A stretch of DNA of 64,000 nucleotides from Octopus sinensis. Lineage: Eukaryota. Below, piece after piece: positions 1-13,504 of this stretch (the first letter of the stretch is position 1; the number at the start of each line of letters is the position of its first letter). The position numbers were made by a program, and so were the translations under genes. The stretch lies in contig NC_043024.1 of assembly GCF_006345805.1 (NCBI RefSeq), forward strand, positions 2,666,001-2,730,000. The letters run 5' to 3'. Under the pieces are notes generated by a model that saw only the letters and a program-made list of their open reading frames with translations, was not told the DNA's origin and did no database searches.

Positions 1-91
1 TTGTCTTGTTTTGTTAATGTCTGTCTTTTGATGCTAGAATCGGTTGGACTTGCACATATATGCACTCATATATACAATAAATATATATATA

Positions 92-393
92 TCACCGTGA
101 CTGACCAGGTTATCAGATGTTGCTACACATCGCTGGTCACAATGCACTTCGCATTGTTTTAGCCTTCAAATGACGCCACCCCGCTGGCTAAGCGAGCAGG
201 CCTACAGAAGAAAGAGCGAGAGAAAGTTGTGGCGAAAGAGTACAGCAGGGATCGCCACCACCCCCTGCAGGAGCCTCGTGGAGCTTTTAGGTGTTTTCGC
301 TCAATAAACACTCACAACGCCCGGCCTGGGAATTGAAACCACGATCCTACGACCGCAAGTCCGCTGCCCTAACCACTGGGCCATTGCGCCTCC
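92..393 (-). mobile_element. tRNA-derived SINE, family A (head GGAGGCGCAATGGCCCAGTGGTTAGGG)
   Basis: A/B-box-like head; other copies ~41040-41420(-), ~55300-55610(+, nested in another SINE); related element ~11625-12105(-). Confidence 0.8.
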
Positions 394-420
<27 letters not shown>

Positions 421-424
<4 letters not shown>

Positions 425-625
425 ACCTCGTGTGTACCGTTGGCGATTTTTTTCCTCTGTCTTCCCTTCTCTGGATCTTTCCTTCTCCTATGTTTCCGAC
501 GAAGAGCTCCGCTCGAAACGTTAAACCCTCCTTCTTTCCTTCTTTCCTGAGCGTCCAATAATACTATATTTGTTCCATGTCCTCGTGTTGTGTTTTTTTG
601 GTGTTTTCTTGTTTGGATTAACTTT
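421..625 (+). mobile_element. Short Penelope-type terminal-repeat element with a variant minimal hammerhead
   Basis: gttt CCGACGA a gagc-tcc-gctc GAAAC GTT aaac at 492-526; near-identical copy at 5707-5920, related copies at ~7360-7482(-) and 15170-15570; all flanked by (TA)n. Confidence 0.6.
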
Positions 626-632
626 ATATATG

Positions 633-670
<38 letters not shown>

Positions 671-1784
671 AGTTAGCTTTTTATATAACCTGTATGAAAT
701 CTTGAGTTACATCCAGGAGATAAAACAGTCTTCAGAAAGACAAATACCTCTGGTATTATCAATACCAACAGATAACGGGCCACTCGAGTTATCTCATACA
801 CTGGCCACATTAACGTTTTAAGTTCATTTCAAATTTTGGCAGAAGATCAGCAATTTCAGGTTAGGGGGACTGGTACTTATTGACTTCAAAAGTGTGAAAA
901 AAAAGCTGAGTCAACCGTGGTGGAATTTGAACTCGGAATGTAAAGATAATAAAATGCTAATAATTCTGCCAGCTCTCTTCCCTACAGTAGCTTTTAATAT
1001 TGATTTCAAATTTTAGCACAAGGCCGGCAATTTTGGGGGAGGTGGGTGGGTCGATTACATTGATCCCCAGTGTTTAACTGGTACTTCCTTTCTCATTCTC
1101 GAAAGGATGAAAAGGGAAGTTGGCCCCGGCAGCATTTGAATAATAATAATGCTTTCAAATTTTGGCACAAGGCTAGCAATTTTAGAGTGGGTAAGTTGAT
1201 TCCCTCAACCCCAGTACTCAACTGGTACTTATTTTATTGATCCCAAAAGCAAAGTAGACCGTAGCTGAATTTGAACCCAGAACATAGATGAAGTACCACT
1301 AAGCATTTTGCCCCGTGTGCTAACGGTTCTGCCAGCTCTCCACCCTAATAATCCTTTCTAAGCACAAGGACTGAAATTTCTGGGCATTCTATCAGATCGA
1401 CCCCAGTGTGTAACTGGTACTTAATTTATTGACCCCGAAAGGATGAAAGGCAAAGTCGACCTCTGCAGAATTTGAACCCAGAACATACCGGCAGACGAAA
1501 TGCCGCCAAGCATCTTGCCTGGTTTGCTCACAGTTCTACCAGCTTGCCACCCTAATGATAATAATAATCCTTTCTACTATAGGCACAAGGCCTGAAATGG
1601 CGGGTGGGTGGGGGACTAGTCAATTACATCAACCCCAGTATGTAACTGGTACTTAATTTATCGACTACGAAAGGATGAAAGGCAAAGTCGACCTCAGTGG
1701 AATTTGAACTCAGAACATACAGACAGACGAAATACTGCTAAGCATTTTGCCTGGTGTGCTAACGATTCTGCTAGCTCACTGCCC

Positions 1785-1815
<31 letters not shown>

Positions 1816-1978
1816 TTCAAATTTTGGCACAAATCCAGCAAGCTCATGGAAGGGCTGAGACCCCACTGTTTAACTGGTATTTTATTTTCTCACTACCAAA
1901 AGGAAGAAAAACAAAAGTTGACCCCCAGCAACATTTGAATATTGATGATGATGATGGTGGTGGTATTTGTGATATTTA

Positions 1979-2400
1979 AGGCGCCGAGCTGGCAGAGATG
2001 TTAGCACGCCGGGCGAAATGCTTAGCGGTATTTCGTCTGCCGCTACGTTCTGAGTTCAAATTCCACCAAGGTCGACTTTGCCTTTCATCCTTCCGGGGTC
2101 GATTAAATAAGTACCAGTTACGCACTGGAGTCGATATAATCGACTTAATCCGCTTGTTTGTCCTTGTTTGTCCTCTATGTGTTTAGCCCCTTGTGGGTAG
2201 TAAAGAAATGGGTATTTCGTCTACTGCTACGTTCTGAGTTCAAATTCCGCCGAGGTCGACTTTGCCTTTCATCCTTTCGGGGTCGATAAATTAAGTACCA
2301 GTTACGCACTGGAGTCGATATAATCGACTTAATCCGTTTGTCTGTTCTTGTTTGTCCTCTATGTGTTTAGCACCTTGTAGGTAGTGAAGAAAAAGGTATT
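1979..2400 (+). mobile_element. SINE family C with GCCTTTCATCCTTTCGGGGTCGAT..AAGTACC core (MetaSINE-like), often multimerised
   Basis: Copies ~8450-9445(-), 9990-10760(+), 26530-27140(+), 41585-42000(-), 48205-48810(-), 53915-54290(-), 56968-57375(+). Confidence 0.8.
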
Positions 2401-2482
2401 TGTGATATTTGAATGATAATGATGATGCTAATAATAATATTAATAATAATAATAAAATTTCATATTTCTTAATTTTTTGCAG

Positions 2483-2563
2483 ATGAAGACACTGAATGAT
2501 TTGTCAGCACCTGAGGAGAAATATCCATACTCCTTCATCAGGAGATTTAATGACACTCGCTGA
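2483..2563 (+). CDS. Terminal coding exon of an upstream aldo-keto reductase paralog (rest of gene lies before the window)
   Basis: ttttgcag acceptor then [26 protein letters not shown], homologous to the last exon at 27957-28043. Bases ~4-50 match the start of AKR intron 7 (~22891-22937) and the 3'UTR starts are also similar. Confidence 0.88.
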   Translation: MKTLNDLSAPEEKYPYSFIRRFNDTR

Positions 2564-2862
2564 AGTAACACAGTTATCACTACATGCATCACATGTATTA
2601 TACACACTATAGTATGTATATATACGTGTGTGCAAGCATGTATGCGCACACACACACACACACACAATATAATGTATACATATATACATACATCAATTTA
2701 AATACACAGCCAAAAGAGTTAAGTTTCATGCTATTATAATACCTAAACAGGCATATATATATATACACATATAAAATATACACCATGTACCTTAAAGTAA
2801 TTTTTCAGGCTCTGTTTTATGCATTATACACACACACACACACTTTCAGGCTCTGCTTATGA

Positions 2863-2865
<3 letters not shown>

Positions 2866-2899
<34 letters not shown>

Positions 2900-3180
2900 A
2901 TATGTATGTATATATGTATGTATATATGTATGTATATATGTATGTATATATGTATGTATATATGTATGTATATGTATGTATATATGTATGTATATGTATG
3001 TATATATGTATGTATATATGTATGTATATGTATGTATATATGTATGTATATATGTATGTATATGTATGTATATATATATGTATATGTATGTATATATACG
3101 TGTATATGTATGTATATATACGTGTATATGCATGTATATATATGTGTATATGTATGTTTATGTATATGTATGTATATATA

Positions 3181-3230
<50 letters not shown>
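2866..3230. repeat. (TA)n/(TATG)n compound microsatellite
   Basis: Direct reading. Confidence 0.97.
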
Positions 3231-3232
<2 letters not shown>

Positions 3233-3942
3233 CAATTAAAGACACAACTGAGAGCTACCAACAGTTTCATGTTTTGATAATTGAACAGGCGTTTTTTAAA
3301 ATAAAATGTCATGTATCTCAAAGCAATCTTCCAGGGATCCGTTTATGCATTATATATATTTTTAAAAACAAAGATGTGAGACAGGAAGAAAATTACACGA
3401 AGTTTTGGAGCAAAAAATGGAACAAGAAAAACGAAACAATATCATTATGAACTTCGTTCTGCCTGATGTGTATATTGTAAGCAATCTAAGAGTCCATAAG
3501 TCAGGAAAAATTCACTTATGATTCTGTCAGCTGGTATATTAATCGGTGTACTGTATTATATATCCATTAAAGCTGGTCTTACCGATTGGTTTCACAGTAG
3601 GGGGGGGGGGGTTGATGGGGGTGTTAAAAGAGCAGGGTCATGTAACTGGACTGTTACCGAACACTGTTGAATCCCTAGTGTGAAACGGATTGGTGTGATT
3701 AGCTGAAATGGATATATAATACTATATATATATATATATATATACAACTAAAAATAAGGGTGTCTGAGAGACACCACCATGCCGAAATAGCAGTCAAAAC
3801 CCTGACTCTAAGAACCAAGTTAAATGTTCAGACACCCTTATTTTTAGTTGTATAAAAAATTATTACCTTAGTATGGTATTTTTCCCATACTGGCCACTTG
3901 ATAATATCAATATTTAAATATCGATATTATCTTTATTTATAA

Positions 3943-3977
<35 letters not shown>

Positions 3978-4907
3978 AAATGAATATATAATACTTTAAT
4001 AAATTACACACACACATGTATAACACAAATACATGTGTAACACATGTATTAGCTGAAATGGATATAATTCTGTACACTTTAATAAATTACACACATGTGT
4101 GACACATGTATAACGCATGTATGTATCACATGCACACATAACACAAATACATGCATAACACATGTATCATATGCACACACACATATACACGCACGCACAC
4201 GCACACATACATGCACGCACGCACACATACATGCACGCACACATATATACACACATACATCTGTGTGTGTGTATATATATACACACACATCTATATATAG
4301 ATAGATAGCACACATTCTGCAATGGACTAGCATCCCACTCAAGGACCATGTTGTGATCACACTCATTGACATGCTCTGGAAACTGGGTGAGCATCCCTGA
4401 TTCCTGGGGTCCCAGAAAACAATCTAAACAATACAACACTGTTATATACTACATATCATACACACTTTGCTTGATGCACACCCTTCCCACCACACACACA
4501 CTACATGCGTACGTACAACAGTATTACCAGGCATCTTTGAGATGTGACTATATCCAACAGTTTCTATTAATCCAATCTACTAAAATATTAACTGTTTTTT
4601 TAAAAAGATTTAATTAATATTTTGTAATTACTAATTTATTTTCAATAAAAAGTATCAATAAACAAAGTTTTCTCTCATTTTCGTTAATTTGCTACACAGA
4701 AACTTGTTACTATCATTTCCTATCAACAAAAGACATCAATGAACCAACATAGTACTTGCCATGTGGTTATTCAATTTGCAAGAAATAGTTGGCAAATGTC
4801 CCTCAAATGCTGTTTAGCAAGTCTACACAATTAAAACTCTGGATCTTTTAGTTTTAATCAGAAATTTCTTCTTAAACAACAACCAGAGTTGCAGAGTTTT
4901 GAACAAG

Positions 4908-4981
<74 letters not shown>

Positions 4982-5186
4982 CTGTGTTTGTCCCCCTAGC
5001 ATTGCTTGACAACCGATGCTGGTGTGTTTACGTCCCCGTCACTTAGCGGTTCGGCAGAAGAGACTGCTAGAATAAGTACTGGGCTTACAAAGAATAAGTC
5101 CTGGGGTCGATTTGCTCAACTAAAGGCAGTGCTCCAGCATGGCCGCAGTCAAATGACTGAAACAAGTAAAAGAGTAAAGTGATTAA

Positions 5187-5298
5187 TGACATCAGCAAAA
5201 ATCTGACCAATAAAGCTAGTTAAATGACAACTCGATGTTCAAATGATGACATCACTACAGATCTACCCAATCAATTTGTTCTGGAGCATATATAAAAA
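5187..5298 (+). promoter_or_regulatory. Candidate core promoter: two TGACATCA-N12-CCAAT modules followed by a TATA box
   Basis: TGACATCA at 5187 and 5247, CCAAT at 5207 and 5267 (same spacing, 60-nt period), TATATAAA at 5289-5296. It lies between the two AKR genes; the link to the AKR start is inferred. Confidence 0.45.
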
Positions 5299-5922
5299 GT
5301 GACTAGATCTGAAGAGAAAAGATAAGACTTGAAAAACAGACACCCAGGAATTTATTGATGTGAAGTATAAAGGCCTATAAATTCTTGCACTTGGTAGTCT
5401 CTGTGACAATATCACCATTTACTGTCCAATTTTCCATGCTTATATGGATCAGACTGAATTTGTTGAGGCACAGTTCAATGACTGGGTGCCCTTTATGTTG
5501 CTAACTCTCACTGTTTCCAAGTAAGGCAATATTCTTCGTTGATGGAGACCCCTCCAGTGGTAATGCACCCTTCCACGCGGCCCGTATGTGTATATGCCTG
5601 CTTCTATGTGTGCTTTTTCCTATTTGATTATCTGTATTTTTCACAATTTTACAAATGAATATAAGTGTATGTGTGTGAGCACTATATATATATATATATT
5701 TTAAAATGTGACCTCGTGTGTACCGTTGGCGATTTTTTTTTCCTCTGTCTTCCCTTCTCTGGATCTTTCCTTCTCCTATGTTTCCGACGAAGAGCTCCGT
5801 TCGAAATGTAAAACCTTCCTTCTTCCCTTCCTTCCTGAGTGTCCAATAATACTGTAGTTGTTCCACGTCCTCGCGTTGTTGTGTTTTCTCTTTGTGTTTT
5901 CATGTTTGGATTAACTTTATAC

Positions 5923-5968
<46 letters not shown>

Positions 5969-6672
5969 GTATGTATATTATTAGTGGTGATGAATTTATT
6001 AGTAGTGTAAACATTTATACACACATATGTATACATGTATGTATGCATGAATATACATGTGTGTATCATCAGTGTCGTCATTGTTTAACGTCCACCCTCT
6101 CTGCTGGCATGGGTTGGATGGTTTGACTGAGGACTGGTAAGCCAGGAGGCTGCACCAGGATCCAATCTGATCTGGCAAGGTTTCTACAGCTGGATGCCCT
6201 TCCTAACGCCAACCACTCAAGATTGTGTGTGTGTATGTATATGTATATATATATATATATATACTCTTTTTACTCTTTTACTTGTTTCAGTCATTTGACT
6301 GCGGCCATGCTGGAGCACCGCCTCTAGTATAGCAAATCGACCCCAGGACTTCTTCTTTGTAAGTCCAGTACTTATTCTATCAGTCTCTTTTTGCTGAATC
6401 GCTAAGTGACGGGGACGTAAACATACCAGCATTGGTTGTCAAGCAATGCTAGGGGGACAAACACAGACACACAAACACACACCCACACACATATATATAT
6501 ACATATATACGACCGGCTTCTTTCAGTTTCCGTCTACCAAATCCACTCACAAGGCATTGGTCGGCCCGGGGCTATAGCAGAAGACACTTGCCCAAGATGC
6601 CACGCAGTGGGACTGAACTCAGAACCATATGGCTGGTTAGCAAGCTACTTACCACACAGCCACTCCTGTGCC

Positions 6673-6704
<32 letters not shown>

Positions 6705-6880
6705 TGTGCATCGTTTTTTCTATATATATGAATGTGCATGTACATAAGTGTATTTACATGTGTCTACATGTTTGTGCATGAAAAGTATGTCAACATGAAT
6801 ACTAATCAAGGCTTTTATGTATATGAATGTATATACACATGTACACAAATATAAATGTACATATATGTGAAGATATATCG

Positions 6881-6922
<42 letters not shown>

Positions 6923-7083
6923 GCCGCAAGAGTGGCTGTGTGGTAAGTAGCTTGCTAACCAACCACATAGTTCTGGATTCAGTCCCACTGCGTGGCATCT
7001 TGGGCAAGTGTCTTCTGCTATAGCCCCGGGCCGACCATTGCCTTGTGAGTGGATTTGGTAGACGGAAACTGAAAGAAGCCTGT

Positions 7084-7120
<37 letters not shown>

Positions 7121-7526
7121 CTGTGTGTCTGTGTTTGTCCCCCTAGCATTGCTTGACCACCGATGCTGGTGTGTTTACGTCCCCGTCACCTAGTGGTTCG
7201 GCAAAAAGAGACTGATAGAATAAGTACTGGGCTTACAAAAAAGAATAAGTCCCGGGGTCGATTTGCTCGACTAAAGGCGGTGCTCCAGCATGGCCACAGT
7301 CAAATGACTGAAACAAGTAAAAGAGTATACAAATGCATGAAGAGTAAATAAATAGAGATTGAAGTAGTGTGTTATTGGACGCTCAGGAAAAGAAAGAAAG
7401 AAAGAGGACTTCATCAGAAATATAGAAAAGTCCAAAGAAAGGAAGATGGACAAGGAAGATCACCAACGATACACACGCGGTTATATATATATTTTATATT
7501 TATATATATATATGTATGTATATGTG

Positions 7527-7557
<31 letters not shown>

Positions 7558-8076
7558 GTGTTCACTCCTCTCACTCTCCTGCATTTTTCTATAATCTTCC
7601 CCCACCCCTTTTGTAAATCCTGTCACCATTGATGTTCGTTGTAGTTTACGGTACCTTTAAGGTACTTCGTTATATTTCTGATACCTTTCCTCTGAAAGGT
7701 GAGGCTTGTTAACAAACATCCCTCGGTCTGCACACACACAAACAGAAAATCTCATTATTGCTGCTGATCTTGTCCTTATTGTTGCTGCTGCTGTTGCTGG
7801 AGGTGCTGCTGCTGCCACTGATTACACTGTGCTGCTGACAGCGCTACAAAAGTTGTCGCTACTTTGGCTTGAGTCATTAACTGAAGACTGTCAACTCACC
7901 TTTGCATTCCTTAATTTACACACCTGTATAGATCTAATATATAACTATATATACAGCACCATATATTTCCATTCTTTAATATATACCATTCTTTAATATA
8001 CACACCTGTATAGATCTAATATATAACTATATACACAGCACCGTATATTTCCATATATATATATATATATAACATC

Positions 8077-8166
8077 ATGGTTCTTAACGTTGACTACAAC
8101 TACCTGGGTTCCAGTGGCATGAAAGTTTCCAACATATGTTTTGGCACCATGACATTCGGTTCTACA
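8077..8166 (+). CDS. AKR coding exon 1
   Basis: [30 protein letters not shown], gtaagt donor. Confidence 0.9.
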
Positions 8167-11100
8167 GTAAGTACACACCACCTCTTTTAATATCCTTTCT
8201 AATTTTTGGCTGAGAGCCAACAATTTTGAGGGGAGGGTTTAGTCAATTACTTGGCCCCCAGGACACGACTGGTACTTATTTTATCGATCCTGAGCGGTTT
8301 CAGTCATTGAGACTTTTTCAACTGTAAGTATGGAAAACAATTAAATTTTGGAAAAATTAAATGAAATGTTTTTTAAAAGAATATTTGCATAGTATTCAAA
8401 TTTTTGCCACATGGGTAGCTTGAGGGAGGTTGGGATGAATCAATTATATTGACCCCAGTGTCCAACTGGTACTTATTTTATTGACCCCGAAAGGATGAAA
8501 GGCAAAGTCGACCTCGGCGGAATTTGAACTCACAATGTAACGCAGACGAAATACCGCTAAGCATTTCATTCGGCATGCTAATGATTCTGCCAGCTCACCA
8601 CCTTAAAAATTAGAAGGGGTTCTGAATGATGTTCTAATGATTCGGCTATTCTAACACCCAATTAGGTTGATTATATCGACCCCAGTGCACAACTGGTACT
8701 TATTTTATTGACCCCGAAAGGATGAAAGGCAAAGTCGACCTCGGCGGAATTTGAACTCACAATGTAACGCAGACGAAATACCGCTAAGCATTTCATTCGG
8801 CATGCTAATGATTCTGCCAGCTCACCACCTTAAAAATTAGAAGGGGTTCTGAATGATGTTCTAATGATTCGGCTATTCTAACACCCAATTAGGTTGATTA
8901 TATCGACCCCAGTGCACAACTGGTACTTATTTTATTGACCCCAAAACTTGTACATTTTTTATCAACCCCTAAAGAGGCAAAGTTCGCCTTGATGAAATTT
9001 CAACGCAGAATGTAAGGACAGGTGACATACCTATTTCTTTATTACCCACAAGGGAGCACTAAACATAGAGGGGACAAACAAGGACATATATAAGTATTAA
9101 GTCGATTACATTGACCCCAGTGTGTAACTGGTACTTAATTTATCGACCCCAAAAGGATGAAAGGCAAAGTCGACCTCGGCGGAATTTGAACTCAGAACGT
9201 AAAGACAGACAAAATACCTATTTCTTTACTACAAGGGGCTAAACATAGAGGGGACAAACAAGGACAGACAAACGGATTAAGTCGATTGCATCAACCCCAG
9301 TGCGTAACTGGTACTTAATTTTATCGACCCCGAAAGGATGAAAGGCAAAGTCGACCTTGGCGGAATTTGAACTCAGAATGTAACGGCAGACGAAATACGG
9401 CTATGCATTTCGCCCAGCATGCAAACGTTTCTGCCAGCTCGCCGCTGGTGACATACCACTAACCATTTCACCTGGCATGCCAAAAATCCTGCCTGCTCAC
9501 CAGCCACGTGAGTGTGCATATATTACACACACACACACACACACACATATGTGCATATGGAAAATTAGTTCAGGCTCTTAATAGAGGCCTTGCATATCTT
9601 TTGATATGGTCCTTGTGTTTCATATCTAAAAACATGTTCAGACTGATAGCATAAAAGCCTTGTATCTCTCTTAATAGATCCTCCTTGTAATTAATAAATA
9701 AACTCACCTTACAAAAGAGAAAAAAAAACAAAACAAAAACAAAAGGTAAAGAAAATAGAAAAAAACATTTTCTAAGGTGACACTGCAAAATTTCAAACAG
9801 TTTGTTTACATTGCAGTGGGGGTTGGAGTGGGTGTTAAGAAATTAGTAACATGTAAAAACATAATTATAGTAAATTATTGGTTTTCTTACCAAGTTTGAT
9901 AAATTACTATAATTGTTATTAAGGGATTGTTATGAAGCTGGGGCATGTTAGGGAGAGAGTAGCTGAATGAATAGGGATATTAAAAGGGATAGCAAGGGCA
10001 GAATGCTGACAGGATCGTTAGCATGTGAGAGAAAATGCTTAGTGATATTTCGTCTGTCTTTACCATCTGAGTTCAAATACCGCCGAGGTCGTCTTTGCCT
10101 TTCATCCTTCCGGGGTCGATAAATTAAGTACCAGTTACGCACTGGGGTCGATATAATCAAATTAATCCGTTTGTCTGTCCTTGTTTGTCCTCTCCGTATT
10201 TAGCCCCTTGTGGGAGGTAAAGAAATAGGTATTTCGTCTGTCTCTACGTTCTGAGTTCAAATTCCGCTGAGGTCGACTTTGCCTATCATCCTTTCGGGGT
10301 CGATAAATTAAGTACCAGTTATGCACTGGGGTCAATATAATCGACTTAATTCGTCTGTCTGTCCTTGTTTGTCCCCTCTATGTTGTAGCCCCTTGTGGGT
10401 AGTAAAGAAATAGGTATTTCGTCTGTCTTTACCATCTGAGTTCAAATACCGCCAAGGTTGACTTTGCCTTTCATCCTTTTGGGGTCGATAAATTAAGTAC
10501 CAGTTACGTACTGGGGTCGATGTACTCAACTTAATCCGTTTGTCTGTACTTGTTTGTCCCCTCTGTGTGTAGCCCCTTGTGGGTAGTAAAGAAATAGGTA
10601 TTTCGTCTGTCTCTACATTCTAAATTAAAATCCCACCAAGGTGGACTTAGCCATTTATCCATTCAGAGTCTATAAAATATAAACCAGTGGGGGCCTTGGG
10701 GGTTGATGTCATTGACTAACCCCCACCCACAAAATTTTAGGCCTTGTGTCTGTAGGAAAAAAAGGAATATTAAAAGGGGTTTTAAGGCAGCAAGATGGCA
10801 GAGTCCTTAGTGCTCCGGAAAATATGTTGGAAGTATTTCTCCTGGCTTTTTACATTCTGAGTTCAAATTCTGCCAAATTCATACTTTGCAGATCATTCTT
10901 TTAGAATTGATGAAATAAATGCCAGTCGTTCTCTGGGGTCGATATAACCAACCAACTCCCACCCACAAGATCTCAGGCCTTGTTTCTATAGAAGAAAGGC
11001 TTATTAAAGTGGTAAAAAGCACCATTGAAGAGTGTTCATTACCAGCGTCGCCTTACTGGCACTTGTGTCGGTGGCACGTGAAAAATCATTCGAGCGAGGT

Positions 11101-12575
11101 CATTACCAATGCTGCTGGACTGGCTCCTGTGCAGGTGGCACGTAAAAAACACCATTTGAGCGTGGCCGTTGCCAGTACCGCATGACTGGCCCTCGTGCCG
11201 GTGGCATGTAAAAGCACCCACTACACTCTCGGAGTGGTTGGCATTAGGAAGGGCATCCAGCTGTAGAAACTCTGCCAAATCAGAAACTAGGAACCATGTC
11301 ATTGCTGAATCAACTTCCTAACAACTTTATTCTTAATGTTTAATTATTTTTCTTAATCAGTAATTGACAAAATGTAATGAACTATTAATTAATTTTAAGG
11401 TCTAATTTTGCTAAATTGTATTTTTTTTGTTAGACTGAAAGAACTAATCGCCCAGGTCAGTTGGACCCCACAGGTTCATATCAACTCCTTGATCATTTTG
11501 CCGAATGTGGTGGCAACTTCATAGACACAGCAGATGTCTACACTGACCGTCAGTCGGAGACAATTGTTGGTAATTGGCTCAGCAGGTAAGAATCATCATC
11601 ATCATCATCATCATCATCATTTAATATTTTGTTCCTTCTCGAGCCATGCCTGGCTCATAAGGGCCGGTTTCCCAGTTTCCTTGGCACATAGGTTCCCCAC
11701 CTGGACGGGACACTGGTCAGTCGCAGGTGAGCTGCAAGATGCAGGAGGAAAGAGTGAGAGAAAGTTGTGATGAAAGAGTCAGCAGAAGTTCGCTATTACC
11801 TTCTGCTGGAGCCATGTGGAGCTTAGGTATTTCGCTCATAAACACACACATCGACCGATCTGAGATTTGAACCCACAATCCCTGGACAGGACGCTGGTCA
11901 GTCGCAGGTGAGCTGCAAGATGCAGGAGGAAAGAGTGAGAGAAAGTTGTGGCAAAAGAGTCAGCAGAAGTTCGCCATTACCTTCTGCCGGAGCCGCGTGG
12001 AGCTCAGGTGTTTCTCTCATAAACACACACATCGCCCGGTCTGAGATTCGAACCCGCGATCCCTCGACCGCGAGTCCACTGCTCTAACCACTAGGCCACG
12101 TGCCTTTACTATCATTTAACATCCGTTGTCCATACTGTCATGAGTTGGACGGTCTGATCAGAGCTGGCAAGCTGAGGGGCTGCACCAGACCCCAGTCTGA
12201 TTTTGCATGGTTTTTATGGCTGGATGCCCCCTTCCTAACCCTAATATGATATTTAACCCTTTAGCATTCAGATTAATTTGTCAAAGGCAAGACTTATTTA
12301 CTCTTTTTACTCTTTTACTCGTTTCAGTCATTTGACTGTGGCCATGCTGGAGCACCGCCTTTAGTCAAGCAAATCAACCCCAGGTCTTATTCTTTGTAAG
12401 CCCAGTACTTATTCTATCAGCCTCTTTTGCCAAACCGCTAAGTTACGGGGACGTAAACACACCAGCATCAGTTGTCAAGCGATGTTGGGGGGACAAACAC
12501 AAACACATAAACACACACACACATACATGTGTATATATATATATATTAGAATACCTGTATATCATCTCCAAACCT

Positions 12576-12647
<72 letters not shown>

Positions 12648-12858
12648 AACAAGTAAAAAGTAGAAAATGCTAAAATAATTTATAGTGAACATTTCAGTAC
12701 CGGTTTCGGTCATTTTGAGACCTTTTCAACTGTAACGATTAAATAATTAAATTTAGAAAAATTAGAAGAAAAGTTTTCTTAAAAGAATATTTCTATAGTA
12801 GTGTTCAGATTTAAGTGGCATTCTGCCTTTCTCTGACTCCCTTGTTTGCACTTGTGTG

Positions 12859-12893
<35 letters not shown>

Positions 12894-13436
12894 TATATAC
12901 GACGGGCTTCTTTCAGTTTCCGTCTACCAAATCCACTCACAAGGCATTGGTCGGTCCGAGGCTATAGTAGAAGACACTTGCCCATGGTGCCATGCAGTGG
13001 GACTGAACCCGGAACCATGTGGTTGGTAAGCAAGCTACTTACCACACAGCCACTCTGGCACCTATTTATTCACATTTACTTGGGATTAACCAAACCAATA
13101 AAACATTTAATCTTGAAGCTACAAGATATTAACGAAGTGATTGCTTTATTTTTAGAATGACATTGTAGGGTAGATGTGAGAAGCCTGATCTGTCTGGTCT
13201 CAACATGAAACATGCAAAACATCTAGGACAGAAATGGCTGGTTTAAATTTTAAAGGGTTAAAGTAAGTTCTACAGAATACATTTAGGGTCTTGAGGGAGC
13301 CTTGTTGCTTCTGTCTTTGAAGACATTCAGAAGCAACAAGGCTCCCACTTGGGCAAATGTCTTCTACTATAGCCTCGGGCCGACCAATGCCTTGTGAGTG
13401 GATTTGGTAGACGGAAACTCAAAGAAGCCCGTCGTA

Positions 13437-13504
<68 letters not shown>

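Noticed and set aside
2817-3321. Long YI/IY/CMY ORFs here and at 42.6-43 kb and 58-63 kb
   Set aside because: Translations of (TA)n/(TATG)n/(CA)n microsatellites
12846-13160. Recurrent peptide [15 protein letters not shown]...[14 protein letters not shown]
   Set aside because: Antisense translation of SINE family B, not a gene family
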